A stretch of DNA of 64,000 nucleotides from Escherichia phage SP27. The notes under the pieces were generated by a model that was given only the letters and a program-made list of their open reading frames with translations, did not search any database and had not been told where the DNA came from. Every line of letters starts with the position of its first letter. Position 1 is the stretch's first letter. Below are positions 28,476 through 37,212 of this stretch, one piece after another. The stretch lies in sequence record LC494302.1; one strand, given 5' to 3'. Position numbers and translations under genes: made by a program.

Positions 28476-29585
28476 TTATTTTGGTAAATCAATTTTAGTA
28501 AAGACTGCAACATCCTCGATTGCACCTGGAATGGCGTAATACGATCCAGTACTATACACATCTCCATTTTTGGTTAATATCGATGTCAAACCATCACTAA
28601 AAAGAACATCCCTAATCTCACTAACTTCAACGGGTAATTGTAAATTGGTAGCACTATATATAGCACCAGTTTGAGAATTGTTTAATCCCAAACCACGGTT
28701 CGCCCCAACACCCTTCTGATATGTACTAGTAATTACCATTTGTGTAGCAGTATTTAAGGCAGGTGAATTCGTCATAAACAACGGAGAACTATTAGGCAAA
28801 GTACTTAAAGGAACTGCACGGAATGTAGTCGTACCTGAACTAAGAAAGTTTGGAGTTTGACCACATACGAAATATGATGTACCATTATAGTAATTTAATG
28901 CATTACCACCAATGGCTGCATCGATTACACCAGAACTACGCAATCCCCAAGTGTTAATTTGTGTTTGGTTCCCCGTACCATGCTGCCCACTACTATTCCA
29001 TCCAGAACTATATAGCTTATTATCTAATGTAAGATACATACTATCATTCGCATTGGTCATTACTTTACGAACGTTCGTAGCACATTGAGTTAATGTGTAA
29101 ATTGATGATGAACCAATACCCAAAGAACCACGATATCCATTATCTCCTGCACCATAGAGTACTGAATTAGTGCTAAGTACAAATATTAAACCATTTGTAC
29201 ATACAATATTAGCAATTTCACTTACTGGTATAGCATTGGTAAACCAATTAGTTCTTTCAACTAATACAGTACTGTAAGAAGTAGTTGTAGAAGATGAGAA
29301 CCAGTACGTTTGACCTGATGTCCATATCGTATTATCATTTTTAATAATAACAAGTGTACGATCACCCACGAAAAAATTAGAAACATCTGCACTTACTAAT
29401 GTCCACGAAGACACCGTGTTGGTATTACCATTTCCAGATTCACCACCTTGATTTCTACCTATGTAATATAAATCATGTGAATCAGTCAATAAGAATTGGC
29501 CTTGGGTAGAAGCACCAACTTTAATTATTTTTTTAGGACCAGGGACAATATTTCCATACATAATCATTCTTCCAAAAGGTAACAT
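28476..29585 (-). CDS. RCC1-repeat protein, family R
   Basis: true start MLPFGRM at 29585; RBS overlaps stop of upstream paralog (no cassette between them). Confidence 0.8.
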   Translation of the reverse strand: MLPFGRMIMYGNIVPGPKKIIKVGASTQGQFLLTDSHDLYYIGRNQGGESGNGNTNTVSSWTLVSADVSNFFVGDRTLVIIKNDNTIWTSGQTYWFSSSTTTSYSTVLVERTNWFTNAIPVSEIANIVCTNGLIFVLSTNSVLYGAGDNGYRGSLGIGSSSIYTLTQCATNVRKVMTNANDSMYLTLDNKLYSSGWNSSGQHGTGNQTQINTWGLRSSGVIDAAIGGNALNYYNGTSYFVCGQTPNFLSSGTTTFRAVPLSTLPNSSPLFMTNSPALNTATQMVITSTYQKGVGANRGLGLNNSQTGAIYSATNLQLPVEVSEIRDVLFSDGLTSILTKNGDVYSTGSYYAIPGAIEDVAVFTKIDLPK

Positions 29586-29593
29586 ATTCCCTC

Positions 29594-30796
29594 CTATTGT
29601 TGCCATAACTGCGATGGCATTAATGTTAGTGTAGTAATACTATAAGTGCCATCTGGCAATCTACCACCATTTCCATTCCAGCCACCACATGCATATAATT
29701 TATAATCTTTAGTAATTATTATGGTTCTGCTCCAATCTTTAGATGCCATAAGAACATTGTCATAACCACTACTTATTGCACTAAGATTAAAAATATTCCA
29801 AGTTCTAACTAATGTATTAGTTCCATTACCTTCTTGACCATATGAGTTAGCACCACTACTTCTAACATATGGTGCGTATTGTGCCATAGGTGCACCAATT
29901 GATGCATTTCCCATATTACTTGGACAAATAAAAGTACTGTACTTACTTACATCAACCGTGACCGATGTGTTCCTAATTGGTGTTAGCTGATTTACCGATG
30001 TAGTCGTACCATTACCAGCTTGTCCAGAACTGTTAGCCCCGCTATAATATACAGACCCACCAGTAGTAAACCACCAAGTAACATCGTATGTAGTACTAAT
30101 ATGTTCTACATTACTAATCACGAATTTGTTCAAATATACAACAGAACTACCACCACATCCACTTTCACCAAAGTTATCCTTACCACAAAACCATGCATCT
30201 TTATTTGATTTGATATAGTGCGTTCCTTGTAATGAACATGCCATATGTGTAACTTCACCCATATTAGTCATAACTGTGAGTGTAGGGATGGAATTTTTAT
30301 TCCCAGAGCCACATTCACCATTAGTATTTCTTCCACACGCAATTACTCTACCATCGGTTAATAATATTCTAGTACTTTCACCTATATATACACTCTTGAT
30401 CATATTAGCCATAACACCTATTTTATTAAATGCAACAGTAACATCAGTCCATGTTGTCAAATAACCATTAACAGGTGTTGCATCTCCATAATCAGAAAAT
30501 GCACCAACCGACCCAGTGTAGTATATTTTATTATCCAAATCAATCATCAATGAACCTTGAACACCAAGCCAAAAGGCTGCACAGTTCCTTGCAAGTACTG
30601 TAAATGACGAAACTGCTGCTGAATTCCCAAGACCAAATTGATAAAAGTTATTACTACCATAACCATATAAAGTATTAGTTGGGTTATGGAGATACATACA
30701 GTTTGTATAATGTTGTTGTAAAACATCTGAGAACTCTACAGGTTCTGGACCTGGTGCAATATTTGCGTACTTAACCATTCTTCCAAAAGGTAACAT
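29594..30796 (-). CDS. RCC1-repeat protein, family R
   Basis: MLPFGRMVKYANIAP start; motifs GSNNFYQFGLGN, GRNTNGECGSGN, GANSSGQAGNG. Confidence 0.8.
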   Translation of the reverse strand: MLPFGRMVKYANIAPGPEPVEFSDVLQQHYTNCMYLHNPTNTLYGYGSNNFYQFGLGNSAAVSSFTVLARNCAAFWLGVQGSLMIDLDNKIYYTGSVGAFSDYGDATPVNGYLTTWTDVTVAFNKIGVMANMIKSVYIGESTRILLTDGRVIACGRNTNGECGSGNKNSIPTLTVMTNMGEVTHMACSLQGTHYIKSNKDAWFCGKDNFGESGCGGSSVVYLNKFVISNVEHISTTYDVTWWFTTGGSVYYSGANSSGQAGNGTTTSVNQLTPIRNTSVTVDVSKYSTFICPSNMGNASIGAPMAQYAPYVRSSGANSYGQEGNGTNTLVRTWNIFNLSAISSGYDNVLMASKDWSRTIIITKDYKLYACGGWNGNGGRLPDGTYSITTLTLMPSQLWQQ

Positions 30797-30842
30797 ATTT
30801 CCCTCCTTTATTCATTATACTATATTTAATACAAAAAGAAAT
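30797..30842 (-). promoter_or_regulatory. conserved array promoter/leader cassette
   Basis: near-identical copy. Confidence 0.5.
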
Positions 30843-30861
30843 GCCAGTATCAAGTACTGGC
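30843..30861 (-). terminator. array hairpin terminator
   Basis: GCCAGTACTTGATACTGGC + U-tract. Confidence 0.6.
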
Positions 30862-30867
30862 ATAATA

Positions 30868-32046
30868 TTATCGGTTAAATTTAAAATCTGTTATGTGTGT
30901 CCATGTATGATTTAATGGGGTACTCATTGGTGTAAAGCCAGCAGGGTCTGACAAAGCTGTACCACGTGCGTACATAAATTGATTGCCAGTACAATCCATT
31001 ATAGCATAAGAACGTGTTGCTGTGCCACATTTGAACCCAACTGCACTACTTGGGGTCGGTAATACTTCAAATGTAGGTGCATTTGAACTACCACCCCCAT
31101 CTTTTGTTCCAGCTATGTACAGAACTCCATTAGTATCAATGATTAAGTTAGTCCAATATGCTTGTTCTCGACCAGCATAAAAATATGTTAAATCACCGGG
31201 TACAAATGGTAACGTTCCTTTATATATTGTGGTATTAACATTCACTGGTGCACCAGCTACACCCCATGAACTCATATAGTTTCTCCCACTTGCGTAGAAT
31301 GTAGTTCCTTTACCGTAAAGTATTAATGTTGCTTGACTTGTTCGCATTGCATTATATTCAAACTCAGGATCATCAGTAGCGTCCTTAAAAATCTGTGTCC
31401 ATGTTGTTATATTGCCAGTAGTTGTAACACCCATTTGATAATAATAATTATCACCAGTAGCATAGAATTCTTTAGGGCCAGTTTGTACAATTGCATTCCC
31501 ATTAGTTAACCAAAAATCTAATGTATTAGTCTTGATCTTGGTTGGTGTGTAATTCGCCACGGTATTTCCTTTTCCGAAATAACCATTAGCGTTATTTCCA
31601 TGACCCCATAAATCACCATTAGTTGTGCGTAGGAATAATGTACCAGTATTGAATCCAACTTTTTCTATAGTACTTATGTCAATACCAACAGTCGTGTACT
31701 TCGTTGTAAAATCTTGAAAAGTACTCCAATAATTAGATGAACCATTAAACATGGTTTGTCTACCAGTGTACTTCACTTTATTATCGTTAGTGATAAGTAA
31801 TGTCCCCCACACTGACGCGAACATTAACTTAACATTTTCCATAACAAAGTATGGCTTACCGTATGCTGACGCGGTAGTGTTTAAACCTAATAGTTGTCCA
31901 TCATTACTACAACCCCATACTTCGCCGTTATCCAAAAGCATCAACATAGTAGGTTTGCCGGATGATACATCCAAAAAGAAATCTTTTGGTGTTGGTACAC
32001 CAGGTACAATATTTCCGTACTTAACCATTCTTGTAAAAGGTAACAT
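30868..32046 (-). CDS. RCC1-repeat protein, family R (first gene of the array)
   Basis: true start MLPFTRM at 32046 with GGAGGG RBS; motifs GHGNNANGYFGKGN. Confidence 0.8.
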   Translation of the reverse strand: MLPFTRMVKYGNIVPGVPTPKDFFLDVSSGKPTMLMLLDNGEVWGCSNDGQLLGLNTTASAYGKPYFVMENVKLMFASVWGTLLITNDNKVKYTGRQTMFNGSSNYWSTFQDFTTKYTTVGIDISTIEKVGFNTGTLFLRTTNGDLWGHGNNANGYFGKGNTVANYTPTKIKTNTLDFWLTNGNAIVQTGPKEFYATGDNYYYQMGVTTTGNITTWTQIFKDATDDPEFEYNAMRTSQATLILYGKGTTFYASGRNYMSSWGVAGAPVNVNTTIYKGTLPFVPGDLTYFYAGREQAYWTNLIIDTNGVLYIAGTKDGGGSSNAPTFEVLPTPSSAVGFKCGTATRSYAIMDCTGNQFMYARGTALSDPAGFTPMSTPLNHTWTHITDFKFNR

Positions 32047-32094
32047 AAATCCCTCCTTATTCATTATATCATATTTACCCCATAAAGAAAACCC

Positions 32095-32123
32095 TTGACA
32101 TCCTTTCAGTACTGGTGTACTAT
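32095..32123 (+). promoter_or_regulatory. sigma70-like promoter for S1 array (divergent junction)
   Basis: TTGACA-17-TACTAT about 25 nt upstream of ATG 32149. Confidence 0.5.
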
Positions 32124-32148
32124 AGAAGGAATATAAGGAGAACTACAC

Positions 32149-32376
32149 ATGACAAATACTCTTAAGTACTACCTCAATACTCTAAATGAACTAGAGTACG
32201 GGGAATTTCTCGCGGATAGTTCGTGGCTAATTGAGCTAAAAAATTATAATAGTCCAGGATGCACCCTTATGATGAACAATGCAATTGATACCCTCATTGT
32301 GAGTATTTTACACAGCAACATCTGCGGGGATAGCAATAAACAATTATCAAAAATCTTAGTACTGCTATCTATATGA
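32149..32376 (+). CDS. small protein, S1 tandem family
   Basis: AAGGAG RBS, TTGACA-17-TACTAT promoter upstream; 75 aa. Confidence 0.55.
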   Translation: MTNTLKYYLNTLNELEYGEFLADSSWLIELKNYNSPGCTLMMNNAIDTLIVSILHSNICGDSNKQLSKILVLLSI

Positions 32377-32576
32377 ATATCGAACAGTACTACATCGATG
32401 CACTACCAACAAAAGGTCTACGTGAAAGCCTACTGCATACACAAACTAATTTCAAACACCTCAAACGTAGCCCTAAACTCCTGAACTCGTACAGGAATAA
32501 TAACATAAGAAATGCTTTACAAGGGGTAGAATGTATGCAATACTATTACATCCTTACCCTATTAATTGAGTACTAA
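32373..32576 (+). CDS. small protein, S1 tandem family
   Basis: ATGA overlap with upstream stop; ends ..YYILTLLIEY. Confidence 0.55.
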   Translation: MNIEQYYIDALPTKGLRESLLHTQTNFKHLKRSPKLLNSYRNNNIRNALQGVECMQYYYILTLLIEY

Positions 32577-32577
32577 T

Positions 32578-32787
32578 ATGAATACTGAACATAAAGAATT
32601 CTACACCAAATACCTTAGCAACGAAGAACAATTGTTTCTAAGGAGTGTATCACCTGTAAGTACCAATACTCAATTCGGTAGAGATTGCTTTAATAATTGT
32701 ATACGTAGTACTCTAGAAGCAATCGAATGCAATAACAAAAATATTATGTACTCAGGTTTAATAGGACTAATATATTTCTATGAATAA
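32578..32787 (+). CDS. small protein, S1 tandem family
   Basis: MNTEHKEFY start right after upstream TAA; ends ..LIYFYE. Confidence 0.55.
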   Translation: MNTEHKEFYTKYLSNEEQLFLRSVSPVSTNTQFGRDCFNNCIRSTLEAIECNNKNIMYSGLIGLIYFYE

Positions 32788-32974
32788 TCATAAAGATTTC
32801 TATTGTAGTAAACTACCCAAACAAGAACAGCTATCATTCTCTTTAGCACCACCTATGAGAAAGGATAATCTGTATTATAATTACGATTTCAGGATGGTGA
32901 CACGTTATGCAATAGAACATCAGTTCCCTGAAACTAAGTACCGCTCTATCCTGAACCTCATCTTTAAGTTCTAA
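32780..32974 (+). CDS. small protein, S1 tandem family
   Basis: MNNHKDFY start; ends ..LNLIFKF. Confidence 0.55.
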   Translation: MNNHKDFYCSKLPKQEQLSFSLAPPMRKDNLYYNYDFRMVTRYAIEHQFPETKYRSILNLIFKF

Positions 32975-33026
32975 AAGGTACACCAGGGACCGAGTACTTT
33001 AATATAGTAAGGCTAATTACATTATA

Positions 33027-33212
33027 ATGAATCATATAAGCTACTACTACCAACAACTATCCGACAGAGACAAGTACAGTCACAACTCCCATGTGTGGTA
33101 CTACAAACGCGGCAGTATAAGAGACAAACAACATTACTTCTGTATTTCTATTAAAGAAGCACTGACAACTAAGTACACGTACCGAGCAGTACTTAAACTT
33201 ATTGAAATGTAA
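33027..33212 (+). CDS. small protein, S1 family (LKLI subfamily)
   Basis: 61 aa; ends ..YTYRAVLKLIEM. Confidence 0.55.
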   Translation: MNHISYYYQQLSDRDKYSHNSHVWYYKRGSIRDKQHYFCISIKEALTTKYTYRAVLKLIEM

Positions 33213-33222
33213 AGAGAATACT

Positions 33223-33405
33223 ATGAACATTGAATTGTACTTAAGTAAATTACAGCCTGGCGATAGATTCATCTACAATAAGTTCGAATTCAACTACAAG
33301 AACGGGAGCAACAAATATCGTCGAGGATACCTATATACAAGCACAAGAGATGCACAAAACGAAAAGTACACATACAGAGAAGTACTTAAACTAATCTCTA
33401 TTTGA
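33223..33405 (+). CDS. small protein, S1 family (LKLI subfamily)
   Basis: internal ATG 33223 (MNIELYL); ends ..YTYREVLKLISI. Confidence 0.55.
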   Translation: MNIELYLSKLQPGDRFIYNKFEFNYKNGSNKYRRGYLYTSTRDAQNEKYTYREVLKLISI

Positions 33406-33413
33406 GGTAATAT

Positions 33414-33599
33414 ATGAATACATTTGAGTACTATACCAATAAACTATCTATGCCTGAAAGATCTCATCTCTATGTGTGGAGAAATGCGTATAAAAGCGGC
33501 AATAAACTTATACAAAGAAATTCCCTTACAGTGTGTACAAATTTAATTAAAGCAGAGTACCGCACATATATTGAAGTACTCAAACTGATAGCAATATAA
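33414..33599 (+). CDS. small protein, S1 family (LKLI subfamily)
   Basis: MNTFEYY start; ends ..YIEVLKLIAI. Confidence 0.55.
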   Translation: MNTFEYYTNKLSMPERSHLYVWRNAYKSGNKLIQRNSLTVCTNLIKAEYRTYIEVLKLIAI

Positions 33600-33607
33600 G
33601 GTACTCT

Positions 33608-33787
33608 ATGCAAGAATTCTATATCTATAACCTCCAGCACAAAGATAGATACAACTATAATAAATTCCAAAGGTACTACACAGTCGGGAACAAAAGAGAT
33701 AAAAAACGTTATCTACTCTCGTGTACAGTAGAAGCACAAAACGAAAAGTACACGTACAGAGAAGTACTTAAACTAATCTCAATCTAA
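33608..33787 (+). CDS. small protein, S1 family (LKLI subfamily), 59 aa
   Basis: ORF MQEFYIYNL...YTYREVLKLISI fills the gap; below track cutoff. Confidence 0.5.
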   Translation: MQEFYIYNLQHKDRYNYNKFQRYYTVGNKRDKKRYLLSCTVEAQNEKYTYREVLKLISI

Positions 33788-33794
33788 GGTAGAC

Positions 33795-33983
33795 ATGAAC
33801 ACTTTTGAGTACTACTTCAATAAACTAAACCACATAGAACAAAGTATGCACAACTCATTTATTCAGCACCATCAATCATCTGCACATGGAATTAAAAATA
33901 TATCGATTGAGATTATCACTACCCGTGTACAGTCATCTGAACGTTATATGTATATTGATGTACTGAAACTCATCTCTATGTAA
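33795..33983 (+). CDS. small protein, S1 family (LKLI subfamily)
   Basis: MNTFEYYFNKL start; ends ..YIDVLKLISM. Confidence 0.55.
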   Translation: MNTFEYYFNKLNHIEQSMHNSFIQHHQSSAHGIKNISIEIITTRVQSSERYMYIDVLKLISM

Positions 33984-33991
33984 GGAATAAT

Positions 33992-34171
33992 ATGCAAGAA
34001 TACTATATAGAACACATAAGCATTAAAGACCGTTTCATGTACGACACCTTCGTGAAGTACTACAACCTGGCAACTAACAGTACTAAAAATATTAATCTCA
34101 ATAGCTGCATTCATCACGCACTAACAAAAGATAATCCCTTCAGGGAAATCCTCGCACTAGCATCTGTATAA
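33992..34171 (+). CDS. small protein, S1 family, 59 aa
   Basis: ORF MQEYYIEHISIKDRF... fills the gap; below track cutoff. Confidence 0.45.
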   Translation: MQEYYIEHISIKDRFMYDTFVKYYNLATNSTKNINLNSCIHHALTKDNPFREILALASV

Positions 34172-34181
34172 AGGAAACCAA

Positions 34182-34841
34182 ATGAAACTTAATGCACACA
34201 GCAAACAATACCTTAAGCACTTTAAGTACCTCAACAGTATTCAAGCAGAATCTATTACATCTGCATATACGTATCACCCAAATGTACTAAAGAAACGAAA
34301 TAAAAAGAAAAAATCCAGAAATGTTCTCGTATCTAAGAACCTCAAATCGTACTTGAAGAAAAATAATATAGCTCTTGCTTTTATTAATATCTATAATACT
34401 GATTTAAAAGTATTGAGTACTAATACCAGCACAAAAGCACTAAAGAATGCATCTATCTATATACACATGGATAATATCCCGTGCACTATAATTCTATCTT
34501 TCGGGAATGTATACTTCTTCGGGAATTGTAATAGCACCCATGATATCAGTACTGCACAATTCCAAATCGGCGATATGTACTGCATGGGTTCAGAAAAAAT
34601 ACACGATAACATGCACTTCTTCCAAAAGCAACGTACTAACGAAACTGATACAGTACTGCAATTCCTCAAAGAATTACAAGGCAAAGAATTATCAGAAGAA
34701 GATCTATTCATGTACAGTACTGTAATCGATAATCCAGAACTCTATAAAAACGCGTACAATCTAACAAAACATGTACAGGAACTTATCAGTACTGATAAGA
34801 AATTTCATCACCTCATTACGTATATTTCAAACTATGTATAA
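34182..34841 (+). CDS. hypothetical protein (219 aa) embedded in S1 array
   Basis: AAGGAAA RBS; Lys-rich N-terminal region. Confidence 0.55.
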   Translation: MKLNAHSKQYLKHFKYLNSIQAESITSAYTYHPNVLKKRNKKKKSRNVLVSKNLKSYLKKNNIALAFINIYNTDLKVLSTNTSTKALKNASIYIHMDNIPCTIILSFGNVYFFGNCNSTHDISTAQFQIGDMYCMGSEKIHDNMHFFQKQRTNETDTVLQFLKELQGKELSEEDLFMYSTVIDNPELYKNAYNLTKHVQELISTDKKFHHLITYISNYV

Positions 34842-35016
34842 AGAATACTACAAAGATAAAATCCCAATGCATCTACAACACCATATACCAAACGTTGCAT
34901 TGGGTATCAAAGATCACGCAAAGATAATGTTCCAACAATGTACTAAGTACACGCTCATATACGATGATAATCCATATATGCTGTACTACGTAGTAATGCT
35001 AACATTCAGGTACTAA
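34834..35016 (+). CDS. small protein, S1 tandem family
   Basis: internal ATG 34834 (MYKEYYKDKIPMHL); ends ..MLTFRY. Confidence 0.55.
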   Translation: MYKEYYKDKIPMHLQHHIPNVALGIKDHAKIMFQQCTKYTLIYDDNPYMLYYVVMLTFRY

Positions 35017-35017
35017 T

Positions 35018-35197
35018 ATGAATACTTATAAAGAATTCTACCTCTCGTACCTTAATTCCGATATAGTAACATCCAATACATTCAGTACTAAAATTATCTA
35101 TAATGAATTAATGAAAGAATGTATTAAAGGTGCTATTAACCCTAAAGATACGTATGACTTGTACTATGCAGTACTAACCCTTGTTTTCACGAAATAA
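35018..35197 (+). CDS. small protein, S1 tandem family, 59 aa
   Basis: ORF MNTYKEFYLSYL...LTLVFTK; below track cutoff. Confidence 0.5.
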   Translation: MNTYKEFYLSYLNSDIVTSNTFSTKIIYNELMKECIKGAINPKDTYDLYYAVLTLVFTK

Positions 35198-35205
35198 CAC
35201 ATAAT

Positions 35206-35397
35206 ATGAATAACCACAAAGAATACTACATAGAGAAACTCCCAATGTATCTCCAACACCTTGTACCAACAGAACCATTGGGTATAGAAAAAAACTACGA
35301 AAAAGACTACTTCATTCAGTGCACTAAATCCTCGATATATATTGAAGACTATAATCGAGTACTGTATCACATCCTTTTACTAATATATAGGTACTAA
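35206..35397 (+). CDS. small protein, S1 tandem family
   Basis: MNNHKEYYIEKLPMYLQH; ends ..LLLIYRY. Confidence 0.55.
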   Translation: MNNHKEYYIEKLPMYLQHLVPTEPLGIEKNYEKDYFIQCTKSSIYIEDYNRVLYHILLLIYRY

Positions 35398-35398
35398 T

Positions 35399-35581
35399 AT
35401 GCACAAAGAATACTACACACAATTTCTCCCCAGCATTTTTGAACACTACGCCAGATACAAAGTCCCTATGGATAACGATTTGGCAGTACTGGGATTCAAT
35501 AACTGCATAGAACGAAGTATAGAAAATAGTAGTAGTTATGACCAGCTATATAACACTATCCTACTTATATTCAGGTACTAA
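35399..35581 (+). CDS. small protein, S1 tandem family
   Basis: MHKEYYTQFLP; ends ..ILLIFRY; TAATATG junction. Confidence 0.55.
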   Translation: MHKEYYTQFLPSIFEHYARYKVPMDNDLAVLGFNNCIERSIENSSSYDQLYNTILLIFRY

Positions 35582-35582
35582 C

Positions 35583-35771
35583 ATGCATAAAGAATACTAC
35601 ACAAAATATTTCCCAATGTACCTCAGAACTAATCTATTAGATAAACCTCGCGGTATCAATGCACAAAATGATAAAGTGTATTTTACTATGTGCACTAAAG
35701 CATGTATACTAGATTTTGACAGCTACCATCGAGTACTGTATCATACCCTGTACCTAGCTTTCGTATTCTAA
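35583..35771 (+). CDS. small protein, S1 tandem family
   Basis: internal ATG 35583 (MHKEYYTKYFP); ends ..LYLAFVF. Confidence 0.55.
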   Translation: MHKEYYTKYFPMYLRTNLLDKPRGINAQNDKVYFTMCTKACILDFDSYHRVLYHTLYLAFVF

Positions 35772-35780
35772 GAGAACAAT

Positions 35781-35966
35781 ATGCATAAAGAATTCTACTT
35801 AAGCCATCTGGATCTAAACTCCCAAATGCTTATACCACTAATCCCAATAGATATCAAGGATAAGAAAAATACCGAACAATTCATTTACCATACACAGTGT
35901 GCGATCACCCCAAATTACATTCCATATGAATTGTACTACATTATCGCCCTAATATATAGGTACTAA
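35781..35966 (+). CDS. small protein, S1 tandem family
   Basis: MHKEFYLSHL; ends ..IALIYRY. Confidence 0.55.
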   Translation: MHKEFYLSHLDLNSQMLIPLIPIDIKDKKNTEQFIYHTQCAITPNYIPYELYYIIALIYRY

Positions 35967-35967
35967 T

Positions 35968-36153
35968 ATGCATAGAGAATACTACACACAATTTGTTAAA
36001 GGGAACTACAAACATGCCGTACCCAGAACCCCTTTAAATTCTCATGACCCAAGTACTATATTCTTGTTTAATGACGCAATACGTACAGTACTCAATACTA
36101 AAGATGAAGATGTGCAGTACGTATTCTTACTATTACTTATATACAGACACTAA
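35968..36153 (+). CDS. small protein, S1 tandem family
   Basis: MHREYYTQFV; ends ..LLLIYRH. Confidence 0.55.
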   Translation: MHREYYTQFVKGNYKHAVPRTPLNSHDPSTIFLFNDAIRTVLNTKDEDVQYVFLLLLIYRH

Positions 36154-36158
36154 CTAAT

Positions 36159-36341
36159 ATGAATAAAGAACATAAAGAATTCTATATACGAAAACTAACA
36201 TTCGTCCCCGTAAGAATATATAAAGAATGCGACCCAAGATTATACCTATGGCACTTCAATGAGTGCATAAAAGATTCTATATACCATAAGAACTATAAAG
36301 AACAATTGTGCTCAGTACTAACACTAGTACTATCATATTAA
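36159..36341 (+). CDS. small protein, S1 tandem family
   Basis: MNKEHKEFYIRKL; ends ..LTLVLSY. Confidence 0.55.
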   Translation: MNKEHKEFYIRKLTFVPVRIYKECDPRLYLWHFNECIKDSIYHKNYKEQLCSVLTLVLSY

Positions 36342-36356
36342 TTAATAGAGAATACT

Positions 36357-36548
36357 ATGTATAAAAACTTCTATATAAGTAAACTAAAAGAAAATGAACA
36401 AGTATGGATTAGATCTATAATTCCACTGGCATTTAATAGATATGCATTTAACAGATGTACCGAGATTGCTATAGACCCTTATAATATTAAAGAGAATGTA
36501 CAGTATAATCAGTACTACTATATCTTAATGCTTATATATAGAAAGTAA
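36357..36548 (+). CDS. small protein, S1 tandem family (last member)
   Basis: MYKNFYISKL; ends ..LMLIYRK. Confidence 0.55.
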   Translation: MYKNFYISKLKENEQVWIRSIIPLAFNRYAFNRCTEIAIDPYNIKENVQYNQYYYILMLIYRK

Positions 36549-37184
36549 TTAAACACATAGAGACAGGGGAAGCTCCTAGTGAACAACCTTTATGTACAGG
36601 CGAATTGTTAAAATTCAGCCTGGACAAATGCGATCACTAGGATTCTCCCCAGGCTAAACCCCGTAATCATAGGTAGTCATAAGTAATCATATATAAACAT
36701 TTATATGAGCACCGTAGAATCACAGAATGATTATATATGATTCAGTACTGATTAGTATAGACAAGAATGCTCAAGAATGCACGGGAAGGATTCAGAATGA
36801 TTCAGTACTGATATGCCACTAAGTAGGCAGAGGAAGTCTGCCGTACTTTGTAGTTTCCAAGCTCCTTTTCCATTTTGCAAATTACATCAAATGTAATCAA
36901 AAGTAATCACGCAATGATTAGTACTGAATTATTACTTTCACCTTAATTTCAATTACCCCTTTACCCTTCGGGGTAAAATTCAATTACCCCTTGAGGCTCC
37001 AGCAAAAAGTTGGTTAGTACTCCATCCTAAATCTGGATCGTAAAAAATTTGGAGTACCTATGAAATAAAAGTTGGATCTTCGAAAGTTGAAATTTACGTT
37101 GGGACATATAGGATTTGTGGGATATAATGAGTTTTGTAGCGATACAGATTATACGATTTCAGTACTGAATAATGAAAGAAAGCT

Positions 37185-37212
37185 ATTGACATTATGATTC
37201 AGTACTGTATAA
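37185..37212 (+). promoter_or_regulatory. orphan sigma70-like promoter in ORF-free region
   Basis: TTGACA-16-TATAAT with no ORF downstream. Confidence 0.4.

Noticed and set aside
19020-30842. T4-type late promoter TATAAATA in the RCC1 array cassettes
   Set aside because: The cassette contains TAAATATAGTATAATGAATA, not an exact TATAAATA octamer, so promoter class is left open.
17850-32064. N-terminal extensions of track ORFs upstream of MLPF (e.g. MPVLCTGFLICIKYSIMNKGGI at 19085, MNKGGS at 24733, MEMCIV at 28567)
   Set aside because: The extensions are translations of the conserved terminator hairpin and leader; a strong GGAGG RBS sits immediately before the MLPF ATG in every copy.
17850-32098. 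Plus-strand ORFs of 60-115 aa inside the minus-strand RCC1 genes (e.g. 18514..18822, 21162..21476, 22443..22739, 24164..24391, 26638..26964, 31751..32098)
   Set aside because: They lie antisense to long, motif-rich coding regions and have no RBS or promoter; several are just the reverse translation of the conserved cassette.
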